A stretch of 63,555 nucleotides of DNA, the filler included, from Octopus bimaculoides (Eukaryota), in the NCBI RefSeq assembly GCF_001194135.2. It is 6 parts of 6 records of this genome, joined end to end, with 100 filler letters (N's around TTAATTAATTAA, not from the genome) between each part and the next. Parts side by side here need not be neighbours in the genome. Positions count along the whole stretch, not along the records: positions 35,899 to 61,968 come from NC_068989.1; positions 62,069 to 63,555 come from NC_068994.1; 4 more parts are not named here. The stretch is one strand, 5' to 3'. Position numbers and translations under genes: made by a program. Below, piece by piece: positions 54,695 through 63,555 of this stretch (position 1 is its first letter; each line of letters opens with the position of its first letter). The notes below the pieces were generated by a model, which saw nothing but the letters and a program-made list of their open reading frames with translations, was not told the DNA's origin and made no database searches.

Positions 54695-54938
54695 GGGCAT
54701 ATGGCGTAGTGGTTAAGAGCGCGGGCTACTAACCCCAAGATTCCAAGTTTGATTCCAGGTAGTGATCTGAATAATTATAATAATAATAATAATAACAATG
54801 AAAAATACCTTAGGAATGAGAACCCAGGTTCGAAATTTTCCCAAGACACCTGATGAAGGCTGGAAGGTTTATCAGCCGAAATGTTGTGTTAGCAACAAAC
54901 AAGATGAGGACAAATATCTATCAAATGTAAATAATGTT
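54695..54938 (+). mobile_element. tRNA-headed SINE-like element with a minimal hammerhead-ribozyme motif (most complete copy)
   Basis: A-box TGGCGTAGTGG (54702-54712), tRNA-Ser-like loop CTACTAA, degenerate B-box, TAA-rich spacer, then GACAC-CTGATGA-A-GGCTG...CAGCC-GAAAT-GTT-GTGTT (54845-54890) and tail ...TCAAATGTAAATAATGT. Confidence 0.75.
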
Positions 54939-55867
54939 ATGATTTGTTCTATCTCTTATCATAAGCTTATGATAAGAGATGACACGAATATCCAGCAAAA
55001 CAGTGGTAGATTGATGATGTAGAATGTGTTTAATCTGTAGAAGGTAGAATGTACTGAGTTGGGAGAGACAGCATAGAATGCCAAGGGGTAAAGAAAAAGG
55101 AGACGTTGGGAGGAAGGCAGTAGACTGGAGGACGCTAAATGCCAAAATAAGTACCAGTCTTAAAAAAATATGAACTGGAATCAATTCATTCAAATAAAAT
55201 TCTTCAAAGTGGTGCCCCAGCATGGCCGCAATCTAATGACTGAAACCAATAAAATAGGAAAGACATAAAAATATAAAATAAATATAGATTGAATAGAAGC
55301 AGTCGTCGCACAAATATAGAGGCAAAATCATTGGCACACTTGTAGAGAACCTGTATTTCAAAGAATTCTTCATCCTTATACAGAACGACGATCAAGAAGA
55401 GAAAACGTATCCACAAAGAAAATTCTTTCTCAAATATGGCACCCTACTTTCTTAAAAGACAGATGCATTCAATAATGTACTCCTAGATACACACAGCCTG
55501 AACGAAACAAGGATGGAATGGTCGTAGCCTGAGCATCTTTGATCATGGGTCCGTTCAGTCAGATTTGACCCCGGGGCTAAACAACAAGAAAAACAATAGC
55601 CCCTCCCCCATCACATGATACTAGACTCTGTGTGGATGTCACACTTTTGCACCACATTCCAGCTGCATCACACTGCTTTTTGTTTTTTTGTTTTCTTTTT
55701 CTACAGAAACTCCATCGATTCCGTGTAATGGCTTTTTGGTGGGTATTGGTTGCGATGTGGGGGGGAGTATGGGGGTCTTTTAATTAAACTCATTTCCCTT
55801 TAATGGTTAACAAAAACATAGTAATGGGGGTGGAAAAGGAGCTGTGGAGGGAAGGTGGGTGACAAAG

Positions 55868-55900
<33 letters not shown>

Positions 55901-56235
55901 TGAGAAACAGAGAGAGTGGGGGGTGTTGAGGGTGGGAAGAAAAATGAAAAGAAGAAAGGAATATTAGCAGAAAAGAACAACATAGACAAAGAAATAGAAA
56001 GATGGAGGGAAAAAAGTGAAAAAAAAGAGACTTGTTGTAAATTGAGAGAGAGGAAAAGAGATGGAGAGCGAGAAGGGGAGGGGGTGAGGAAAATAAGAAA
56101 AGAAAGAAGAAAAAATTATAAAAACAAAAATATGAATGTATACACATACACACATATGTATATGCTATATATGTATATATATATACATACACACATATAT
56201 ATACATATATATATATGTTATATATGTATATGTTA

Positions 56236-56287
<52 letters not shown>

Positions 56288-56432
56288 NNNNNNNNNNNNN
56301 NNNNNNNNNNNNNNNNNNNNNNNNNNNNNNNNNNNNNNNNNNNNNNNNNNNNNNNNNNNNNNNNNNNNNNNNNNNNNNNNNNNNNNNNNNNNNNNNNNNN
56401 NNNNNNNNNNNNNNNNNNNNNNNNNNNNNNNN

Positions 56433-56483
<51 letters not shown>

Positions 56484-56628
56484 TGTGTGTGTGTGTGTGT
56501 GTGTATAAAAAATGAAATAAATACATGAACAATCAAAATAAAATAAAATGGAATAAAAAATAAAAATTCTGCTTACAGAAGCTGGAGTGGAACGGATTGA
56601 GTGAGAGAATTTAACGTAATGGATTCTT

Positions 56629-56668
<40 letters not shown>

Positions 56669-57310
56669 NNNNNNNNNNNNNNNNNNNNNNNNNNNNNNNN
56701 NNNNNNNNNNNNNNNNNNNAACAGCAACAACAAGGAAAAAAACTCTGCATAATAGCTGTGTACACAAAAGTTGTCAGAATGGAATAATGGTGATGAATGT
56801 TGTGAGAAGATAAATGTCTCCAACACAAAGGATACAACATAGAGAGAATGACAGAATTCTACAATGAAATATATACAAAACGCTTTGATTCGACTTGTCA
56901 GAGGCGAATGACACAAAATTCTTGCATTCAAACATAGATGAGTTGATGAATAGATGCACCATTTTTTGCTTCTATCCTCTACCCTTCCCTCTTTCTATCA
57001 TTCTTTCATTCTTTCTCTCTTTCTTTCAACATAATACTTCCCCTCTCTATTTGCTTCATAGAACTGTCTATCTTTATATTTTACTATGTTGCTCTAGGTC
57101 TCTATCCCATCCTAACTTGATATTATCTATCTGTATGCAGATATCATTGGATATCATCCAGATTACGTAGCGCCTATGTGTGTGTGTTTTTGTGTGTGTG
57201 TTTTTGTGTGTGTGTGTGTGTGCATATGTTTGCATGTACATGTGTGCTTATATGTGTACGTGAACATTGTGTGTATATATTTGTATATGCATATGTTTGT
57301 TTGTAGCTGG

Positions 57311-57382
<72 letters not shown>

Positions 57383-57902
57383 AGGGATGATGTCATTAAA
57401 ATACCATTACGAGTGGTAAGTGAACTATCAGCCGTATAGGCAAATTAATAAAATATATACATAAAATAGTAAATATCTACATATATATACACAAGGGTAC
57501 TACATGAGTAGAAGTGAAAAATATTTCTGTACCACCAAATAGTCACAAATCTATTACAGACATGATAGGGAAAAATACCAGTGAACAATAATAATGTCTT
57601 ACCTCTACTGGGTCAGAGCTAGGCAAAACTCAAGTCTGCTGTCACTATTTGATACACACATATATATAAATTGAAGTTTACAGTATCATATATCAATTAT
57701 GGCTGATCTTGACAATTGGTTTTGCACTTGAGAGGTTCAACAAATTGTTAGGTTACAGTCTGACTACGTAACATTGCATTCATCAGAGGTAGCTGTTATG
57801 GAATGAAATATAGCACCAGTTGTCAAAAACTGGTGGACCACAAACACAAGCATGCACACACACACATACACACATCTCTCTCCCTCTCTCTCAATCTCTT
57901 TA

Positions 57903-57950
<48 letters not shown>

Positions 57951-58865
57951 TTAGATATATAAATAAAAATTAAATATATATATATATAAATTAAATATAA
58001 ATTAATCATGATACATAGGAAATCGTTTTATTTCTTATATTTTCATTTGTCTTGCTTATTTTTACATTCTGGCATTTGCTGAGATTTTTTTCTTGAGAAC
58101 ACACTCTTTGTGGCAAGGCGATTGGACGTCTATTTTTAGCAAGCCTCTTAACCACACAGTCATGCCTGTGCCTCCACAGCCTTAATAATGCACAAAAAAC
58201 AAAACATGTCTCAAAAAGATAGCTGAAACACCAGCTCCAAATACACACACAATGAAGCCTACACACCTTACTTTTCTAACTCTGTAAAGAAATCAAGCAA
58301 AAAGTCAGAAAGTTTTCTGCTATTATGATACTATATATAATGTATTTTAGAACATCACTCATTGCTCATAGATCTAAAATGCAGGTAGTTTATACACTGA
58401 AGTTAAAAGGCTCAGAGGAAGTACAGAAACGTTTATGTTGCTTTTCTTCATCTCTGTCTTTTTTCCTGTCTCCTCATTTTCTCCTTATCACTCTCTCCTA
58501 ATGGCTTTTAGAGTGAGAAAAATCATTTCTAACCAAGGTATTTGAGTATAGCTGATATGGTAACTTGACCATATCGAAAATTTACATCTCTTTGTATTGC
58601 TGAGCTGGAATGATGACGGCAGCTGATAAGATAAGCTTTAAGCTAGTAATTGTTAGTGTTGATGTGGTTATTGTCGTTTCTATTGTTATTATTTTTCATT
58701 ATATTAGAAGCATATCTTACTCTGCATAGTGGAGAGACAAACATGTCTGAAGCATAACAGGGTTGGTATTCACCCTCCTGTCCCTCTCCTTAGCAAGTTG
58801 CATATGGTCAAATGTACCATTATTCTACAGGCGTAACTGTGTGGTAAGAAGTCTGCTTCTACCAC

Positions 58866-59251
58866 AGGCGGTGAGCTGGCAGAAGCGTTAGCGTGCTGGA
58901 CGAAATGCTTAGCGGTATTTCATCTGTCTTTACGTTTTGAGTTCAAATTCCGCCGAGGTCGACTTTGCCTTTCATCCTTTTGGGGTCGATAAATTAAGTA
59001 CCAGTTACGCACTGGGGTCGATNNNNNNNNNNAGTTCAAATTCCGCCGAGGTCGACTTTGCCTTTCATCCTTTTGGGGTCGATAAATTAAGTACCAGTTA
59101 TGCACTGGGGTCGATGTAATCAACTTAATCTCTTTGTCCGTCCTTGTTTGTCCCTTCTAGGATTAATCCCTTATGTTTTTAGTACTACTAGACACCTAGC
59201 TATATCCTTTTCCCTTTCATTCCCTTTAGCTCCTTGTGGGCAATAAAGAAA
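58866..59251 (+). mobile_element. SINE family B inserted in the head of a family A SINE
   Basis: Flanked by the identical 17-mer TAAGAAGTCTGCTTCTA (58845-58861, 59252-59268). The family A head continues after the right copy. Confidence 0.8.
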
Positions 59252-59673
59252 TAAGAAGTCTGCTTCTAAGCCACATGGTTCTGTGGTTCAGTCCCATTGT
59301 GTGACACTTTGGGCAAGTGCCTTCTACTCTAGCCTCAGGTCAACTAAAGCTTTGTGAGTGGATTTGGTAGATGGAAACTGAAAGAAGCCATCGTGTGTGT
59401 GTGTGTGTGTGTTCATCCACCACCTCTGTTTGGCAACCAGTGTTGGTGTGTTTACATCCTGTAACTTAGCGGTTTGGCAAAAGAGGCTGATAGAATAAGT
59501 AATCAAACTTTGAAAACATGAGTACTGAAGTCAATTCATTCGACTAAAAGTTCTTCAAGGCAGCGCCCCAGCATGGCCACAGTCAAATGACTGAGACAAG
59601 AAAAAGATAAAACTCACAACTGATAGTCTTCTATAAGCTCCTTACACCCCCAACCAATCTCCCTAGTACCCCA

Positions 59674-59708
<35 letters not shown>

Positions 59709-60074
59709 TCTCAACTACCACATCGTTATTATTAGATACCATTGATATATTTACCTACTTCTCACTCTTTAACCTCTATTATTACTGTTCCCTATCATTA
59801 TTATTATTATTATTATTATTTTCTTACATTATTATTATCATTATTTTTATCATTATTTTTATCATTATTATCATCATTATTTTCTTACATTATTATTATC
59901 ATTATTATTATCATTATTAATATCATTATTATCATAATTATTATCATTATTTTCTTATATTATTATTATCATTATTATTATCATTATTATTGTTCAGAGA
60001 TGAAGAGGAGGAGAGAGGAAAAGAGAAAGAGAGAGAGAGAGTTATACAATTTATACCAAGTGGCGTACACCTAC

Positions 60075-60542
60075 CGTCTTCGCAGTATTTCCCTGTCGTT
60101 CCAAGAGGACAGTCGCATCTGGGTTCATTACCTTCTACGACACAAGTGCTGTTTTTCTGGCAAGGATAATTCCCACATATCTCCAACCAAGCCACATTGA
60201 ATGTTTCAGTAAGGAATTCCACGTGTTCAATTCCACCAGGTGGCTTTAGATCTGGGTTTACCAAAAATGGTTTGTCATCTTTTTCTTTGGCTTTTGCCGT
60301 CTCAGATGCTTTGAAGTTGTTTTCTTTCGCTGTTTGTGATTTGTCGTCTTTGGTAAGGTCATGTGACTGGTCCACTGGATCACTGTTGAGACTTTCAGAA
60401 ACATGTTTGTAGCCTTTAAGGGTACCGTCCACTTCTAAATACACATTGTTATGCTTTAGTTTCAGCCTCTCGTCAGCACTGTTAGATGTAAAATTCCTGT
60501 TATTGAATTTTAAGCTTTCTGGACTGTTTCTTTTGTTGCTTC
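60075..60542 (-). CDS. EGFLAM: Internal exon of a pikachurin/EGFLAM-like extracellular matrix gene: 122-aa charged linker followed by an EGF-like domain
   Basis: Polypyrimidine acceptor (ttttcttcttccag|G at 60542) and donor GAC G|gtaggt at 60075. 468 nt, open, phase 1-1. Ends with the six-Cys EGF CGNYPCQKNSTCVVEGNEPRCDCPLGTTGKYCED and splices in frame to the LamG exon at 41452. Confidence 0.88.
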
Positions 60543-60829
60543 CTGGAAGAAGAAAACAGAAAGAAAAAAACAGGAAAAATTAAATATATTTTTATAACAA
60601 CAAAAACAGAACAAAAATGACAATAATGGAACCAAAAAAATAGCATTCCTATCATGGCCATGGCTCTATCAATCTTTTCACCATCAGCCACCTTTTTGAA
60701 TTCCATACGTCTAATAACCATAAACATAATAACTTTGATAGGTTTCGGCCAGTATAACCCCAGGCCATGTTTAACTTTACAGCACCACCTGGTGAAGTCT
60801 ATTAGTCACATATGGGGCACCATGGCCCA

Positions 60830-61135
60830 CTCTAGCAAAGAGTTATTATTGTTGGAGAAATATCCGGGTATAGGAAGTTGGTTCAGGATTTTTTGAAGAA
60901 ATTTGTCCAGTGAACTTTTGAATTTTATGGGATCTGTTTCCATTTTGACATATTTTGGTATGACATTAAAGAGAGATGGACCAATATATCAAAAAGCAAA
61001 ACAGAATCCATGACTTAGAAGCAGTTTTTTACACTCAGAATTGCTGAAACTTGGAATAAACCATCCACATCAGTTTCTAGCTATCAGAACTTTACATTCT
61101 TCAAAACTTCCATGCTTCCCAAAATTTTTCTCCAT
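60830..61135. mobile_element. Two opposed CR1-like LINE 3' fragments
   Basis: Minus: GPSLFNVIPKYVKMETDPIKFKSSLDKFL..PGY..NSLLEW. Plus, from about 60995: approximately FFTLRIAETWNK. Confidence 0.6.
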
Positions 61136-61814
61136 TTTTTATTTTTATAACATCTAATATGTCTTGAATGGCACAATAATAACAACAATGGACTATAATA
61201 ACTGTTATAATTTAATTATCCATAGTCTGATATAATAATAATATTTCGGAATACAAAAAATTCCTTCTTCAGATATTTCTAGGAACTGATTGTGTCACTG
61301 CTATAATTTATCAATTTATTTTTTAAATGACTTATTCACTGAACACTTTCTGTGCATTATTCTATGTACTCTGCATGTACTTTCGAGTCCTTTCTCCTGA
61401 TGAGTTGTAGAGCACCTGAGTACTGTACATAATAAATTCGTTGTCATAATATTATATACACAGGCTGATGAGGGCTAGCAAGCTGAAACTTCGAAGTTAC
61501 TGTCATACCCGCTTCTTGTAAAACCTTAATTAACATGTACTTCACAACACCGTATTAAATGATTCTTCAGTTTAATGTTAAATTGTTTTTATATATATAA
61601 CTTGACATAAAAACAAACATTAATATCATACGTATACAGATGCACATGAATATATACATATACATATATTTTTATTTATTTATTTATTTATGGGTTTCAG
61701 CCAAGTGGCTGTGGTCATGCTGGAGCACCACCGTGATTTTCTGTCTTTATGTTTTGCTCTCTTCACGTTCCTTGCATGGCTCTTCTCCTGCACCTGATAT
61801 AGTCCAATCAAGAG

Positions 61815-61968
61815 TTTTGATGGCACATCTGGTGTATAAGAGAATTTGACATCGCTGCCCTAAACTGCGTCTCATTACGAGCCATTGGTTCGTCTGGCAT
61901 CGTGGAGAGGAAAGCGTTGAGTTTTGTCTTGAAGACCTCCACATCCGTGTCTTGCAGGTCTCTCAAAT
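61815..61968 (-). mobile_element. CR1-type LINE 3' fragment
   Basis: Minus frame LRDLQDTDVEVFKTKLNAFLSTMPDEP..AAMSNSL matches the family at 24755-25219. Confidence 0.75.
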
Positions 61969-63555
61969 NNNNNNNNNNNNNNNNNNNNNNNNNNNNNNNN
62001 NNNNNNNNNNNNTTAATTAATTAANNNNNNNNNNNNNNNNNNNNNNNNNNNNNNNNNNNNNNNNNNNNATTCATTTATACAGAGACACTCAAACATACAC
62101 ACACACACATACATATATATACATTTATGTAAACAACTTCAGACATACATTTAAGCTCCCGCCACTTTCTGTCTTAGAAGGAACAAATAATAATAAGAAT
62201 TAAGATAATTATAAACGAAGAATATTAATTAGAAAATATTACTAATATCATTTTGTTTCTATTCGCTTTTATTTAGTTTTATCTAAGATTTGTTTGCAAA
62301 CTGAAAATATTTTCTATTACAGAAACAAATTACTGGATTGTTTTGTAATATATTAAGAAAATATTGTTGAATATTGTTGTATGTGCAGCTGGTGAGATTG
62401 GCCAGCCCGGCGGCGTCAGAAGAAGTAGAGGATACACACACACATATATGATTTGTTTTATTTATTTTGTAATTTCACAGTTCTCAGTAGAAGTTACACC
62501 TGTGTTGATATATATTTGGATATTAATCAAGTCAACCAGACACCCTATGCAGACGAGAAATCGACAGAGCCCTTGCATGTTCGCTCGTCTTGTTAGACGT
62601 AGCACCCAAATCTTCCTCAAACCACACCAACCGTAATAGAAAAAGCACAGTATACATTAACTATTACATTTCTTTACATAACTCTGAAAAGAAAAGAGAG
62701 TTGCGTTTGAAAGTTTTTGATTATAAAGCACTTCGAACAGATTTGAGCTAAACGATAAAGATTCTATTATTTCAGAGTTTGTTTCGATTTGGCGGTACAT
62801 CTATTATGAAAGAAATGTGGCTGTGTGGTAAAAAGCTTGTTTCGCAACCACATAGTTCCGTGTTCAGTCCTACTGAGTAACACCTTCGGCAAACGTCTTC
62901 TACTATAGACTCGGTCGAATCAAAGCCTTGCGAATTGATTTGGTAAATGAAAACTGAAAGAAGCTCGTCGTACACACACACACACACACACACACNNNNN
63001 NNNNNNNNNNNNNNNNNNNNNNNNNNNNNNNNNNNNNNNNNNNNNNNNNNNNNNNNNNNNNNNNNNNNNNNNNNNNNNNNNNNNNNNNNNNNNNNTATAT
63101 AAAGGCGACTCGAGTTTCAGGGCTATTTCCCTTCGTCATGGCCGTATGTATTTATATTGTAAATATGTGTGTGTGTGTATGTATATATACACGTATATAT
63201 GTATATGCATAGATATGTATATATGTATGTGTGAGCATGTGTGTGTATATATATATATGCGCGAACGCGTGTGTATGTATGTATGTTTGTATGTATGTAT
63301 GTATGTATGCATGTATATATCAACTTGGTTTCACTTTCGTCTCATCCACTTGTTACTTATGGTCAAGAATAATTAATAAAAATAATACATAAAAGAAGAC
63401 AAGCAGCCACAAGTACACAATCGTATATTGAATCTTGGTGACATATTGCGACGCTTGTTATGATGATAGCAGTTCATGGGTTATTAGCAGCTGCAAGGGA
63501 AATGGTAATAGGAGGACGAGTAGGGAAACCGCGGTAATATATATATATATATATA

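Noticed and set aside
54695-54775. Possible tRNA-Ser gene
   Set aside because: No proper acceptor stem, a degenerate T-arm, and it is fused to a repeat body in several copies; it is a SINE head. No true tRNA, rRNA or CRISPR feature was seen in the window.
58950-59110. Apparent tandem duplication of about 80 bp in a SINE
   Set aside because: The two copies straddle a 10-N gap and differ by one base, consistent with unmerged overlapping contig ends.

Overview
Eukaryotic, AT-rich, microsatellite-saturated scaffold with many N-gaps. The SINE/LINE/MITE families and simple-repeat load look like an Octopus-type cephalopod genome, but that is inference. Most long ORFs in the track are microsatellite or N artefacts. 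Host genes I can support: (1) two minus-strand exons (60542-60075 and 41452-41251) that splice in frame across an 18.6-kb intron and encode linker-EGF-LamG, best matching pikachurin/EGFLAM; (2) one plus-strand 147-nt exon (13173-13319) with a PGPGxY sperm-tail/SHIPPO repeat. The rest is a layered TE landscape: several tRNA-derived SINEs, CR1, RTE, R4/Dong and Penelope fragments, Tc1/mariner fossils, and hAT-, piggyBac-, Merlin- and Helentron-like non-autonomous elements. The most interesting signal is a six-copy repeat family with a tRNA-like Pol III head and a Penelope-type minimal hammerhead ribozyme motif; twice it occurs as a head-to-head inverted pair inside the EGFLAM-like intron. Five N44-TTAATTAATTAA-N44 linkers are artificial joins, so order and orientation across them are uncertain.
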